Positions 29,847 through 40,860 are shown, counted from the stretch's first letter. The stretch is DNA of 64,000 nt from Candidatus Eiseniibacteriota bacterium (GCA_963823555.1 CAWGMA010000001.1:1856001-1920000), one strand, 5' to 3'. Numbers and translations are program-made. The notes: generated from the letters alone by a model not told the origin.

Positions 29847-30342
29847 CCGTCTGCTCTCTAGCCTTTCCCTTCCAGGGATCGCGCTTGAGATGGGCGCTGG
29901 CAATCTCCGAATACGGGATACACTGGCTCGGACCACCTTCGGTCTCGAGAGTCACCGACTCCTCGTCGGAATCTCCGATCGTGCCGCGGATCTGCTGACC
30001 TCCTCGTTCCCTTGCTAGCTTCACGACGGCCGTCTCCCCCCGGAAGCGGCGGTAGTGCACCGGCCGCTTGAGCGGTCGGTCGACCCCCGGCGAGGACACC
30101 TCGAGCGAGAAGCGACCGGTCAGGAGCCGATCCAGATCAACGCCGTCCTGGATGGCGCGTGATGCCCGCGTGCAATCGCCGAGAGTCACCGCGGCCAGCC
30201 CGTCTTCGTGATCGATGAAGATCTGGACGCTCAGGCTCCCGCCGCGTGGCACGAGCTTGAGATCGATCAGCTCGAACCCCGCCCGTGCCAGCGCGGACTC
30301 GATTGAACCCGCGAGTTCATCCCGATTGAGTCCCGGCACCAT
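29830..30342 (-). CDS. rimP: Ribosome maturation factor RimP
   Basis: IFID...DC...LEVSSPGVDRPL; first gene of the nusA-infB operon. Confidence 0.95.
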   Translation of the reverse strand: MVPGLNRDELAGSIESALARAGFELIDLKLVPRGGSLSVQIFIDHEDGLAAVTLGDCTRASRAIQDGVDLDRLLTGRFSLEVSSPGVDRPLKRPVHYRRFRGETAVVKLARERGGQQIRGTIGDSDEESVTLETEGGPSQCIPYSEIASAHLKRDPWKGKAREQTDDDER

Positions 30343-30570
30343 CGCTCTCTTTGCGCTCACGCGTCCGAACAGCTTCGTCCCGGGTCCAACCAAGAAGCCC
30401 CGGTCAAGGTGGTCTCGTTCCCGGCGTTGCCGGTCTGCCACCCCGCGGGGCTTGCCGCTCGAAACCTACGTGTCGATACCGAGCGGGGTCATCCCCCTCC
30501 CGATGCCCGCCCGACCGGCAACGGACACCGGCGAGAACAGGAGAGCCGCCCGCTGACCCCAAGACGACGA

Positions 30571-30593
30571 AGAGTGGACCGCCCGCCCACTCT
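30571..30593 (-). promoter_or_regulatory. rimP-leader hairpin
   Basis: AGAGTGGGC-GGGCG-GTCCACTCT on the minus strand, resembling the GAGTGGG...CCACTC hairpin commonly found upstream of rimP. Confidence 0.7.
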
Positions 30594-30605
30594 CGCGAAC
30601 AAAAG

Positions 30606-30634
30606 ACCCTAATCCCAATACGCGCAGCATTCAA
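30606..30634 (-). promoter_or_regulatory. Sigma70-type promoter of the rimP-nusA-infB operon
   Basis: TTGAAT, 17 nt, TAGGGT, immediately before the leader hairpin. Confidence 0.6.
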
Positions 30635-30704
30635 GCGCAAAAGCGGGCCGGCGGTGGCAGCGGGGCCCGAAGTCCCGGTCCGGCTGTCCTCAGATGCGGG
30701 GTAA

Positions 30705-31553
30705 CTACCTGTCTCGGGCCGGGTTGCTCTGTCTCCGGGATCGCGGTCGAGCCGCCGTCATTCCCCGCCACAGGTGGTCGGGAGGCGAGGATCCGCGACC
30801 CAATCGCGGCGCGGCCGCAATGGCCCCCTCCAAGTAGCCCTTGGCCTCGGCGATCGCCTCCTCGAGCGGGCGGCCGAGGCCAAGGAGAGCGGTGATGGCC
30901 GCAGACAACGTGCATCCCGTGCCATGAGTCGAGAGCCGGGGCAACCGATGACCGAGGAATCGCGTGAGGCCGGTCGGTGCGATGAGGATGTCGACCGGTG
31001 CCCCGCGCAGGTGCCCTCCCTTGACCAGGACGGCGGCACCGCTGGCCACGGCGATCCGGTAGGCGGCGCGCGCCATCTCGCGCTCGTTGCGCACCGGCAT
31101 CCCGGCAAGCACGGCGGCCTCGGCCATGTTCGGCGTCACCAGAGTGGCGAGTGGAAGCAGATGGCGCTTCACGCCTTGAATGGCGGCGGCAGCGAGCAAT
31201 CGATCCCCGGACTTGGCGACCATCACCGGATCGACCACCAGGGGGCGAAGTTGGTGCTTCCGGACGGCATGGACCACGGCGCGCACGATCGGCGCCGATC
31301 CGAGCATCCCGGTCTTGGCGGCGTCGACACCGATGTCTTCGGCAACCGCCGCGATCTGTGCGGCGACCAGAGTCGGTCTCAGGAGCTGCACGCCACGGAC
31401 CTCGCGGGTGTTCTGCGCCGTCGCGGCGGTGATGGCACTCATACCGAAACAGCCAAAGGCGGCAAAGGTCTTGAGGTCAGCCTGGATGCCGGCGCCACCG
31501 CCCGAGTCGGAGCCGGCGATCGTCAGGAGCCGCGGACGAAGGGGTGTCGGCAT
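30705..31553 (-). CDS. thiD: Hydroxymethylpyrimidine/phosphomethylpyrimidine kinase
   Basis: [40 protein letters not shown]. Confidence 0.96.
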   Translation of the reverse strand: MPTPLRPRLLTIAGSDSGGGAGIQADLKTFAAFGCFGMSAITAATAQNTREVRGVQLLRPTLVAAQIAAVAEDIGVDAAKTGMLGSAPIVRAVVHAVRKHQLRPLVVDPVMVAKSGDRLLAAAAIQGVKRHLLPLATLVTPNMAEAAVLAGMPVRNEREMARAAYRIAVASGAAVLVKGGHLRGAPVDILIAPTGLTRFLGHRLPRLSTHGTGCTLSAAITALLGLGRPLEEAIAEAKGYLEGAIAAAPRLGRGSSPPDHLWRGMTAARPRSRRQSNPARDR

Positions 31554-31579
31554 GAGGCTCGTCCTCCATCGGGGTGAGA

Positions 31580-33241
31580 TCACTGGCGCCCGGGAAGCCA
31601 GGGTGGAGACTGCCACATTGCTGGAGGCGTGGAAAAGGCGAACTCGCGGTACCCGGGTGGCACCTCCGCTGCTCCGGAGACGGGACGGTCACAGGGGACG
31701 ATAGCGACAGCGCAATCGCGGCACTCGCCGGCGGCTGCCATCCCCGCCATCACAGCCGCCGGTGGTGGGCTCTCGCCGCCGACGTACTCGTAGATCCAGT
31801 ATTCGGTGACCGCGGTGACGGCACGAACGATGACCGCGCCGTGGCGATACTCGTAGTCGAGGATGTAGTCAGGGCTCCGGGTCACGATCTCGTAGAGGAG
31901 CCGGAGCGCCACCGGGCTACCGAACACGAGCACTCTTCGCTCGGCCGTCGAGGCCAGTTGGCGCGCGTAGGCCAGTTCCAGATCGACACGCCGCCGGACC
32001 CAGATCCGGTTGGTGATGGGATCGCCCAGGGGGACCCGCGTGCTGACCCGATGCGGCAGGACCTTGGCGAAGGCGAAGTTGTAGCTGGCCACGATGGCCG
32101 GACGCAACATGGCCATCGAAGCGATGTTGAGCACGACGAGCAGGACGGCGACCAGGGCGAAGCGATCGGACCCGAAACGGACACGAATCCAGATGAGTGC
32201 CGCCGGCACGAGGACCAGGAAGGTCGAGTGGAAGTGGCGGGAGGGAGTGGGATTGGGCAACCAGAGGATCAGGCTCGGCACGAGCACGGCCCAGGCGGCG
32301 AAGCTGAAAGCCCAATCGCGACGGCGAATGGCGGTGAGGACGCCGATCCCGCCAAGCACAAGGAGGAGCGGCCCGAGACCGGTGGCCCATGCCACGACGC
32401 CCTTCAGGAACGGGCGCGCGCCGATCGGGGCCAGATGTTCCTTGAGCAACGCGCCGGCGCTGACCGCACCCTCGAGCGTGCTTCCGGGAACCGGGACCAT
32501 CCGCTCCGGAGCGATGGCCATCACCTTCGACTGGAGAGCGAGGAACGTCCCGATGGTCACGACAGCGACCAGCACTCCCCCACCCACAATGCGGAGATTC
32601 GCCGCCCGCCGGGTGACGAGCGCCGTATCGCGCGCAATCATGATCCCCAGGAGCGGCAGGAGCGGCAGGAGAACCATGGAGGTCGCCCGGAGGATCGCCG
32701 CGGCCAGGGCCGCAACAACGGCCGCAGCCAGGGACCACCACCCTCCAGTCGCACGGGGCGCGAAACCGCAGAGGAAGAAGGCCAGCGCGAGATTCGAGCA
32801 GAGAAAAGCCGGGCCCGCCGGGTGACCGTACCCCCCGATCTCGAGGAGGACCGGGCTCGTGGCCAGAAGCACAGCGGCTGCGACCGCCATGGCTGGTCCC
32901 CACAACCGGCTCATCCACAGGACGAGCGGCACGAACGAGCCTGCCACGCTCAGCATGCTGAGCCAGTTCATGAGCAAGGAGAGTCGCGCGGGATCGGAGA
33001 GCAGACCCCGGGGCATCACTAGAAAGAGGGCGTAGTAGCCGAAGCTCACGGCGCGCCCGTAGAGATCGCGGGCCCCCAGCCCCTCCCCGCTCCGGATCGC
33101 ATGGGCCAGCCCATAGCTCATGCGAACGCTATCGGGCTCGACGACGCTGGAGTAGCCGAGGAGGATCTGGAGGGACAGGAAGATCGCGGCGATGAGAAGC
33201 CCCGCACTCGACGCCACCCGGCTCGCGGACCTGGCTTTCAC
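31580..33241 (-). CDS. Multi-pass membrane protein, probable GT-C (ArnT/PMT-like) glycosyltransferase
   Basis: About 10 hydrophobic segments, an acidic EPD motif after TM1, and a soluble C-terminal domain. Start GTG 33241 is tentative. Confidence 0.55.
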   Translation of the reverse strand: MKARSASRVASSAGLLIAAIFLSLQILLGYSSVVEPDSVRMSYGLAHAIRSGEGLGARDLYGRAVSFGYYALFLVMPRGLLSDPARLSLLMNWLSMLSVAGSFVPLVLWMSRLWGPAMAVAAAVLLATSPVLLEIGGYGHPAGPAFLCSNLALAFFLCGFAPRATGGWWSLAAAVVAALAAAILRATSMVLLPLLPLLGIMIARDTALVTRRAANLRIVGGGVLVAVVTIGTFLALQSKVMAIAPERMVPVPGSTLEGAVSAGALLKEHLAPIGARPFLKGVVAWATGLGPLLLVLGGIGVLTAIRRRDWAFSFAAWAVLVPSLILWLPNPTPSRHFHSTFLVLVPAALIWIRVRFGSDRFALVAVLLVVLNIASMAMLRPAIVASYNFAFAKVLPHRVSTRVPLGDPITNRIWVRRRVDLELAYARQLASTAERRVLVFGSPVALRLLYEIVTRSPDYILDYEYRHGAVIVRAVTAVTEYWIYEYVGGESPPPAAVMAGMAAAGECRDCAVAIVPCDRPVSGAAEVPPGYREFAFSTPPAMWQSPPWLPGRQ

Positions 33242-33297
33242 CCGTTCTCCTCCCCGGCGCCGCCCCTCCTCCCTGGACCGACCGCTGGAGAAGCGGA

Positions 33298-34236
33298 CTA
33301 CGGGTCGTATAACAGACTCACCATCACCTCGCCAACTGCGGACAGGCTCGCCGCCGAGCACTTGTCCGGCGTGTCGGCAATGGTGTGCCAGTGAGGATAG
33401 TCGAAGTCGATGATGTCGATGGCGGGGATCCCGGCCTCGAGGAACGGCACATGGTCGTCGTAGACGTGATGTCGCACGTCGAGCTTGAACTCGTCAAAGC
33501 CGAGCGCAGCCGCACGTCCCCAGACGGTGCGCACGAGGTCGGGGGCATAGGTCATGGAGTAGCCCTCGACGTGAAGGGTCAAGTCGCGATCCCCGATCAT
33601 ATCGAGAACGATGACATACGCCGGTCGTGGCGCCCGCATGCGGCGCACGTGTTCACGCGAGCCCAGGCAATAGGTCGTGAGCGAGTCCTGCATCCCGCCG
33701 TCCTCGCCGTCAAAGAGAACGAGATCCACTCCCACGCCGGGCGGGCGCTCGTGGAGGAGTTCGGCCAGGTGGAGCAGCACGGCGCAGCCCGCTGCGCCGT
33801 CATTGGCCCCCAGGACCGGCTCGAGCCGGCGGTCGGGATCGGGATCCTCATCGGCATGCGGCCGCGAGTCCCAGTGCGCTCCGATCAGGACTCGGGGACT
33901 CCTCCCGGGCCCGAACCGGGCCACGATGTTGGTGAGACGAATCCCCGCCGCATAGGGCGGGCTCGCCGCCGGAAACTCCTCGAGCTCGACCTGGTCGGCC
34001 GTCCCCTCAAACCGGCTGGCCAGCTCATCCCGCGCCCGGTCGTGGGCCTTGGTCCCCGGAACGCGCGGCCCGAGGGCACACAGTTCCTCGAGCAGAGCAA
34101 ACGCCCTCTCACCCGAGAAGCGCGGCAAATCGGCGCCCGCAACCGCCGCGTCCCCACCGGCGGCGAGGACGGCGATCACCACCCCGACAGCCACCCGGCT
34201 CCAGACCTGTGTTCGCCTCCCCAATGTGGCCTCCAC
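33298..34236 (-). CDS. Exported M28-family protein, glutaminyl-peptide cyclotransferase-like
   Basis: GPRVPG, AHWDSRP, GANDGAAG, FDGED, LDMIGD, DDHVPF, WHT. Confidence 0.85.
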   Translation of the reverse strand: MEATLGRRTQVWSRVAVGVVIAVLAAGGDAAVAGADLPRFSGERAFALLEELCALGPRVPGTKAHDRARDELASRFEGTADQVELEEFPAASPPYAAGIRLTNIVARFGPGRSPRVLIGAHWDSRPHADEDPDPDRRLEPVLGANDGAAGCAVLLHLAELLHERPPGVGVDLVLFDGEDGGMQDSLTTYCLGSREHVRRMRAPRPAYVIVLDMIGDRDLTLHVEGYSMTYAPDLVRTVWGRAAALGFDEFKLDVRHHVYDDHVPFLEAGIPAIDIIDFDYPHWHTIADTPDKCSAASLSAVGEVMVSLLYDP

Positions 34237-34240
34237 CTGG

Positions 34241-37200
34241 CTAGAAATTGAAGACGATCGATCCGCCGAGCGAGATCGTCCGCAGTTTCTGCCCGGTCTT
34301 GTTGTTGTTATTGCGCCCCAGGTTCAAGCTCAGGTCGCCATCGATGTTGCGCCGGAACTTGTAGGTGACCCCCGTCCGGATCGATGTCGTGGTCCCATCG
34401 CGGTTCAGCGTCGCGGCCTGCCCGCGCCGCCCACTCTCCGAGCGATCAGTCGAGTAGTTGAGATCGGTATTGAACACGAGATCGGACTTGAGCGTGATGG
34501 GCTTGTCCTGCCATGGCAGCTTGAGTCCGCTCGAAGGATCGAAACGCTTGGAGATGTTGAACTGGAATTGCCGCCGTGTCGAGGCCGTGAAGCGACCGAG
34601 TCCGGCTTCATCGTCACGATCCTCGGTACCGGTCGAGCTGACCCGAGCGCGCAGCGTCCAGCCGGCACCCACGGTTCCGTTCAATCCGAGGAGCGGGTTC
34701 CAGTCCCGGCGCTCGGTCACGCTCTGGGTCACGAACCCCTTGGGTCCGTTCTCGGATACATCGCGGGTGTAGCGGGATTCGAGGTTCAAGGTCCGGAAGA
34801 AGCGTGCCATCTGTGGAATCCGCGTCTGGAAGGAGCGCCAGCTCAGATCGAGCTGCGGCCAGGTGACGGTGCGCCCTTCGCGGGGGGTCGTGAACGTCTG
34901 CTCGCTCTCACGCCGGCTCCAGGCATAGGTGAGATTCGTCGAGATGCCGACGTTGAAGTCGTACCCGGTGCCGAAGGAAGCATTGCGGGTCTTGCCCAGC
35001 GTCTCCCGGCCGCGGCGGCTGAGCACCACGTCCGGCCCCGGATCCATCGACAACCCGAGCTGATACAACCAGTTGGGAACCCCGTTGGCATAGCCGTAGT
35101 CGTGGTTGTTGTTGACGGAGAGGCTGGCCCGGATATCGCGGAACTTGCCCACCCGGCCCAGCTGGCGCTGGGTGCGGGCCATGGGGCCCAGCGCCGAGTC
35201 CGGACCGGCCACCGAGCCGGTCCCGGTGAGCATCGTGATCGGGACGTTGAACCCAGCGCTCAAGGTCTGGTTGGCATTGAGGTTGCGAACCTGCTCTCGA
35301 TCTCCCGCCAGCTGCAGGTTCGGATTGTGGTCATCCCCCGAACCGCCCCTGAAGCTCAGGTTGGGAGCTACCTGGCGCAGCACGGGCGGGTTCCAGGTCA
35401 CATCGAGATTCTGCCGGCGCACGATCTCCCAGCCGATATTGAGCCCGCCGAGCCAGGGAGCCGGATTCTCGAAGGTGAGGTCGCGCCGGGAATCGATGCG
35501 GTAACTCGTGCGCACCGAGCGAATCGGGGTCAAGCTGGTCGAGCCGTTCAGGTTGGCGTCCTTCTGGAACACGGCGGCCACCAGCGGGCTCACGTTCGGA
35601 TCGTCGAGGTTGCGATCGAATGTGAAGATGCGGTTCGAGTTGAGGCGGGCGCCGAGCGAGACATTGTCGGGGTAGTAGCGGATCTCGCTCTTGCCGAGGC
35701 GCATCGGCTTGAGCGTCGGCGTGATGTTGTAAGCCAGCCCGAGATTGACCGTGCGCGAGGAATCCCGGCGCGTCTGCGACAGGCCCCGGCGATCGCTGAG
35801 ACTGAAATCGGCTCGCATGGCATCCAGCGTGTACTTCATCACCCCGCGCTGGTTGCCGGTGCGGCTGAAGTTGACCGAGTAGCCGCGCTGGTTCTGGCCG
35901 CGGGATTGGTCCAGGCTCTGATCTGGAGTCAGGATGACATCATCCCCGGCCCTGAACTCGGGCAGCTCCGTGCTCTCGATGAAGTTGAAGGCGAAGGGGA
36001 GCTTCACCCCCGAGGTCTCGAAGAACTTGTGCACGTTGATGAGGGAGCGGATGGCGTAATCCCGCTGCTTCGACCCGGAGCCGCGCGAGACGGTGCGCTG
36101 GCCGCCCGATCCGATCGAGAGGAAGTCCTCATCGCGGCGGAGCATATTGCCTGTGATCGTCATGAAATCGGCGAAGCCGGCCGTGACCTCGAGTCGGCTC
36201 GCGGTTCCGATGTCGCGGATGACATCCCCCACCCGCACGTCATCGAACCACACCGACCCGAACTGCGGGACATCGGAGATGTTGCGCACGCCGAAGGCGA
36301 GCCGGCGGAGGCGAGTCAGGGACGGGCGGCCGACGAAGCGGAGCAACCGGCCATCCGCCAGGCGCTCCTCCCCGCAGGGCAGGAGCTGCCCCGCCACCGA
36401 GCAGCTGTCGCTGGCGCTGTCTCGCAACTTGATCTGAGAGAGGTCCGCAATGGCGATGATCTGCTGCGTCCACCCCTCCTGGACGGGGCTTGCCACTTCA
36501 TAGTAGTTGAGCGAGTCGGTACCGAAGCGGACGAACGCCTCCACGCCGGTCGCCGGATCATTGGTGTAGGGGTTGCGACCGCCGTAGACGTACCACCGCA
36601 GCGTCTCGTAGAGGGTCAGATCGCGATCGTTGGCGGCGGCCCGGAAGGCGGAGCCCTCGTTCCCGGGCTGCAGATTCAGGTAATCGAGACCCAGCGACTG
36701 CTCCCGCTCGACGATGCGGTTCTGCTCCTCGAGGGGGAAGGGCGGCACATACTCGTTGGCGTCTTCCTTGTTGTTGATCGCCCGGAGCTTGACCACCTCT
36801 CCGGCCACCGCTGCGATCGGATTCCCGGTCGCCGCCTCGCGCAGCGGCTCCTCCTTGTAGAGATTGCCCAGCACATCGATGGAGGCCACCTGGATCAGCT
36901 TTTGGCCCGGGAACCCGCTGAACCAGAGCCGGAAATGCCGCACCGAAGCCAGGCTCGGCGCGCCGACCGGCACCCCGACCTCGACCGGGATCCGGAACAG
37001 ACGCCAGCCGTTGGGTCCATTCTCGGGGGAATCGGCCACGCCGAAATCATCGTACACGTCGGCGGCCACGAACAGCGTGTCGGCGAGGTGGATGGTGAAC
37101 TGATAGTAGTTGTTCGAGGAGTCGCGCTGAAAGGTCAGGTCGCGGTTGATGTCCTCGTCGTCGAGATGGCTGTTCTCCTCGAAGCGGTTGACAAGGGCGT

Positions 37201-40200
37201 AACGCTGCGGATTGTTGGGCTCGTCCTCGGCGTCCTCGCGGTCCAGGTCGAAGTCATCCTGGTTGGGGTCCGGATTGGTCTGCGAGTTGTAGCCGGGCTC
37301 GAACGGGCTCAGGAGCGTGTCGAAGCCGGTGTCCTCGAAGATCTGCTCGGAGCGATCGAGAATCCCATCCTGGTTCGAATCCTCAGACTCCCAGCGGCCG
37401 TTCGGCAGCGCGCGTTCAGACCACTCGGCGTCCTCGTTGACGATTCCGAGATCGATGTGCATCAGAGGGTCACCATCGCGCAGATCCGGATCGCGAAAAT
37501 CGTTGATCCAGATCTCGATGAACTGCTTGCGGCTGAAATCGGCGCCAACCGCGGAGACCCCCTGGGTCAGGCCGACCCAGGTTTCGAGCGGGGGGATCGT
37601 TCCCAGGGTGTCGCTCGCCACTTGCGGCGTGACCTCCATGGTCAACACGGTCTTCCGGTCGTCCCCCTCCTCCGGCTGCAATTCCGGGAATAGATCGCGC
37701 TCGCGGACCGGCGAGGTGACGGGGTTGTACCAGATGAGCCCGCCGCGCCGGGAGCGGGTCTGACCGGCGAGATAGTGATTGATGTAGATGGAATCGGGCA
37801 CAGCCGCCCACATCCAGTCCTCCCGCTGCAGCGACAGGATCGAGTTGTCCTTGGCCCCCTCGAAGTCGTCGAGGTAGGCGTTGCCCTTGGTGTTGGGGTT
37901 GGGCAGGCTCAGCCCGAGCTCGGCCGAGAGATCGAAACGCGGGTCGGCGAGCGGGCGCACGCCCGGCAGCACGTCCACCAGCCGGTTCAGGACCAGCGGC
38001 TTCGACTGGAAGCCGCCGTTGATGTCCCCGACGATCGTGCGCGACGGCTCCTCACCGAGCTTCGGGCGGCGTTCGGCCACTCCCGCGCTCTCGAACAGCC
38101 AGGTCGTTCCGAAGCGGCGGCCCTTGATCCCCGGATCCCAGGTGGTATTGAACCCCATGAGCGTCTTCTGCCCCAGGGCGAAGAGTGGGGCATAGGCGTA
38201 GTCGATCGACACCTGGGCATTCTCCGGCAGCGGGCGCTGGCCGGTCAGGTTCACGATCCCGGTCTCATAGTCGATCGAGTAGTCGGTGCCGCGCTCGAGC
38301 CGGTTGCCGTCGATGACCACGACCTCGGACCCCTCGAGGATGGTCCCGGGTGCGCTCAGGACGAACTGCGTCTGCGGCGTGGCGTAGACCAGATCGAGGA
38401 AGTACTTGCCATCTTCACCCGGATTGGCGTTGCGCTTGTCGTACACCGCCCGGTTGGCGTCGTCATTGATGAAGAGCCGGGGCCGGACCGGCGGGGTGAC
38501 GTCCAGATCGGCGCGGAAGAAGGGCCACACCGAGTCCTCCGCCGCCGGGGCAAAGGGCCGGAGGTCAGGCAGGATCAAGACACCCACGGACGAGAAGAAG
38601 AAGCCGCGGTCGACGATGTCGTCGGGAGTGGGAGCTCCGGTGCGATCCTCGCGGTCGATTCCCAGGCCGCGCATGTAGGTATCCGTGGCCGAGCCGCCGG
38701 GAAAGCGCACCGGATCTTCCAGGCCCGAGCGCTTGACCGAGAGCTTGATCGAATCGAAATCGATGCCGGTGGCACCCAGATTGTAGATACTGCGCAGCTC
38801 GAGCCGGCGGATGGGGTACCAGTAGTCAAGGCGACTGTAGAACTCCCCATCGAAGATCTCGTATTCCCCGGCGGGAATGTAGATCGCCTTGGCCGCGACC
38901 GAGCCGTCCGGGGTGCGCGACCCGTAGCGGACGATTCGGGTCTCCCCGTTGGGCAGGGTATAGGTCGCCCTGAACGTCGCCGCCAGCACTTCCTGGCTGC
39001 CGATCGAGGTCAGGACATCGAGCACCGGGTACACGTAGCGCTCCTCTTGACCACCTGGCAGCTGCACATCGACGATGTACAGATCGTTGCGGATCGTGAA
39101 GTCCTCTTGCTCGGTGAGTGGATCGAAGAACGTCGACACCGAGTCCCGGGCCGCAGCCGCCCCGGTGCGGGGGTCCAGATAGGCGAAGCCGGGAATGGCG
39201 GCGCCGTTGTTGGTCTGGTTGCGGTCGTCGCGCCACACCTGCAGACTGTCGATCACCGGCGGTGGAATCCATCCGGGATCGCTGATCGGCAGCAACGTCC
39301 CTGAGAGCAGTGGATCCACGGGGTCGACGAGAAAGAAGAATCGCCGCTGGACATACTCGACATCGAAGATCCGGCGTTGCGTCTCCTGCGCATAGCCGAC
39401 GAAGCGATTCGATGCGGTCTGGCCCTCCTGCTTCGAGGCAATGACCGTGAGGCCGATGTCACCGAACTGCGACAGCGTCTTGATTCCGAACAGGCCTTGA
39501 TGCTGGCCGTTGTAGCTCACGAACTGCGTGCCGGGGAGGCTCAGGTTCGTGTTCCCCAGCTCGACCGTTCTCATCACCTCGTCTTCATAGCCGGCGTAAC
39601 GGATGGCGATGCGATTGGCAAGATCGGTCTCCGCCTGAGTGTTCTCGATCCAGTCGATCGTCACCTTGTCACCGACCTTGCCGTCGACCTTGACGTTGAG
39701 ATCTTGCCGGAGATCAAGCTGCGGGAACTTGGACTGGCGTTCGGTCTCGCGGCGCGAAGGGTTGGCGTCCCAGCGGCTGGTGCCGGCAATCGTGATTCGC
39801 TCCTGGCCCCGAATCGTGATCGACGCGCCCTTGCCGAGGACGTTCTCAGCCGGCCCCAGGCTTACCGGCGAGGCAAAGGTCATCCCCTGTCCGCCGAGAA
39901 AGGCGCCGCTGGCATCCACCTCGCGGCCGAGGAGGGGCCGCACCTCCTTGGCCACATCCTGCCACCGTCCGGAGTACGTCTGCGCATAGGCGAAATCGCC
40001 GATGTCGCGCGGCAGCGTGTTGCGGATGATCACGTTCTCGTACCGGCTGACCCGCTGGATCGTGCCGGCATCGAGATCGAGCTCGATATCCTCGACGAAT
40101 CCGCCGCCGCGAGTGGGCAACATATAGCGCGATGGAAGCGCTTGGTTCTCCGGGAAGTGGCCCAGGGTGGCGATCTGTGACTGGCGGTCGGCAGCCGGGG

Positions 40201-40771
40201 TGAAGTCCCAGAGTCCGTAGCGGCCGCGACCCCCGGGATCCTGGCTGAGAACGAACGACGGGGCTGGTGGTCCCGCGAACTGGGCGTCATCGGGCAGAGC
40301 GGCCGGAAGAAGGGACTCCGGGGCCGGACGCGGCGGGCCGGTGATCTCCCCGAGACCGGTCTCGCCCGCCGGGGTCCAGCCGGGGACACCCGGGATCTCG
40401 TCGTCGCGGAGAGCGTCCGGAAACTGGACAGCGGTCGAGTCGGGGATCCCGGGCACCTGGAGGGAGCCCTCTCCCGGGCTCCGCGGCACCAAGCTCCCCG
40501 GAGCGGGTGCCGTTCCGGGGAGCCCCTGCCCGCCGGGCGGGGGCTCCTCGCCCGGTACTCCCAGCACTCGGGTCGTATCCGGCAGACTCTCGGCCGGGAG
40601 ACCGGTAGCTGGCGCCCGCGCCGTATCGGGTTCACCCGGTAGGGCTGGCCTCTGGCCGTACCCGACCTGGGCCTTGCCGCTGGGCGTGACGAGGCCGCTC
40701 GCCAGCACCGCCAGGGCGACAGCGAAGACCAGGTGACGTGCGGGATGGGGGCGCGTCCCGGAAATCTGCAT
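34241..40771 (-). CDS. sprA: SprA/Sov-like giant outer-membrane beta-barrel (T9SS translocon homolog); start 40771 or 40825
   Basis: About 2.2 kaa with a signal peptide; VKVDGKVGDK, IRYAGYEDEV..VELGNTNLSLP..GLFGIK, KLGEEP, NPNTKGNAYLDDFEG, WRLFRIP; C-terminal beta-strands ending in Phe. Confidence 0.85.
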   Translation of the reverse strand: MQISGTRPHPARHLVFAVALAVLASGLVTPSGKAQVGYGQRPALPGEPDTARAPATGLPAESLPDTTRVLGVPGEEPPPGGQGLPGTAPAPGSLVPRSPGEGSLQVPGIPDSTAVQFPDALRDDEIPGVPGWTPAGETGLGEITGPPRPAPESLLPAALPDDAQFAGPPAPSFVLSQDPGGRGRYGLWDFTPAADRQSQIATLGHFPENQALPSRYMLPTRGGGFVEDIELDLDAGTIQRVSRYENVIIRNTLPRDIGDFAYAQTYSGRWQDVAKEVRPLLGREVDASGAFLGGQGMTFASPVSLGPAENVLGKGASITIRGQERITIAGTSRWDANPSRRETERQSKFPQLDLRQDLNVKVDGKVGDKVTIDWIENTQAETDLANRIAIRYAGYEDEVMRTVELGNTNLSLPGTQFVSYNGQHQGLFGIKTLSQFGDIGLTVIASKQEGQTASNRFVGYAQETQRRIFDVEYVQRRFFFLVDPVDPLLSGTLLPISDPGWIPPPVIDSLQVWRDDRNQTNNGAAIPGFAYLDPRTGAAAARDSVSTFFDPLTEQEDFTIRNDLYIVDVQLPGGQEERYVYPVLDVLTSIGSQEVLAATFRATYTLPNGETRIVRYGSRTPDGSVAAKAIYIPAGEYEIFDGEFYSRLDYWYPIRRLELRSIYNLGATGIDFDSIKLSVKRSGLEDPVRFPGGSATDTYMRGLGIDREDRTGAPTPDDIVDRGFFFSSVGVLILPDLRPFAPAAEDSVWPFFRADLDVTPPVRPRLFINDDANRAVYDKRNANPGEDGKYFLDLVYATPQTQFVLSAPGTILEGSEVVVIDGNRLERGTDYSIDYETGIVNLTGQRPLPENAQVSIDYAYAPLFALGQKTLMGFNTTWDPGIKGRRFGTTWLFESAGVAERRPKLGEEPSRTIVGDINGGFQSKPLVLNRLVDVLPGVRPLADPRFDLSAELGLSLPNPNTKGNAYLDDFEGAKDNSILSLQREDWMWAAVPDSIYINHYLAGQTRSRRGGLIWYNPVTSPVRERDLFPELQPEEGDDRKTVLTMEVTPQVASDTLGTIPPLETWVGLTQGVSAVGADFSRKQFIEIWINDFRDPDLRDGDPLMHIDLGIVNEDAEWSERALPNGRWESEDSNQDGILDRSEQIFEDTGFDTLLSPFEPGYNSQTNPDPNQDDFDLDREDAEDEPNNPQRYALVNRFEENSHLDDEDINRDLTFQRDSSNNYYQFTIHLADTLFVAADVYDDFGVADSPENGPNGWRLFRIPVEVGVPVGAPSLASVRHFRLWFSGFPGQKLIQVASIDVLGNLYKEEPLREAATGNPIAAVAGEVVKLRAINNKEDANEYVPPFPLEEQNRIVEREQSLGLDYLNLQPGNEGSAFRAAANDRDLTLYETLRWYVYGGRNPYTNDPATGVEAFVRFGTDSLNYYEVASPVQEGWTQQIIAIADLSQIKLRDSASDSCSVAGQLLPCGEERLADGRLLRFVGRPSLTRLRRLAFGVRNISDVPQFGSVWFDDVRVGDVIRDIGTASRLEVTAGFADFMTITGNMLRRDEDFLSIGSGGQRTVSRGSGSKQRDYAIRSLINVHKFFETSGVKLPFAFNFIESTELPEFRAGDDVILTPDQSLDQSRGQNQRGYSVNFSRTGNQRGVMKYTLDAMRADFSLSDRRGLSQTRRDSSRTVNLGLAYNITPTLKPMRLGKSEIRYYPDNVSLGARLNSNRIFTFDRNLDDPNVSPLVAAVFQKDANLNGSTSLTPIRSVRTSYRIDSRRDLTFENPAPWLGGLNIGWEIVRRQNLDVTWNPPVLRQVAPNLSFRGGSGDDHNPNLQLAGDREQVRNLNANQTLSAGFNVPITMLTGTGSVAGPDSALGPMARTQRQLGRVGKFRDIRASLSVNNNHDYGYANGVPNWLYQLGLSMDPGPDVVLSRRGRETLGKTRNASFGTGYDFNVGISTNLTYAWSRRESEQTFTTPREGRTVTWPQLDLSWRSFQTRIPQMARFFRTLNLESRYTRDVSENGPKGFVTQSVTERRDWNPLLGLNGTVGAGWTLRARVSSTGTEDRDDEAGLGRFTASTRRQFQFNISKRFDPSSGLKLPWQDKPITLKSDLVFNTDLNYSTDRSESGRRGQAATLNRDGTTTSIRTGVTYKFRRNIDGDLSLNLGRNNNNKTGQKLRTISLGGSIVFNF

Positions 40772-40860
40772 CCGAGCTATTTGCGAGGGGGTTTGGAGTC
40801 TCCGCTGGACCCGGCCGGCCTTCACCGGCCTTGTTGGCTGCGTGCGGCTCTGGCTACACT

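Noticed and set aside
34049..37693. 1214-aa + strand ORF (also 37775..39304)
   Set aside because: Antisense shadow of sprA caused by high-GC codon bias; no recognisable motifs.
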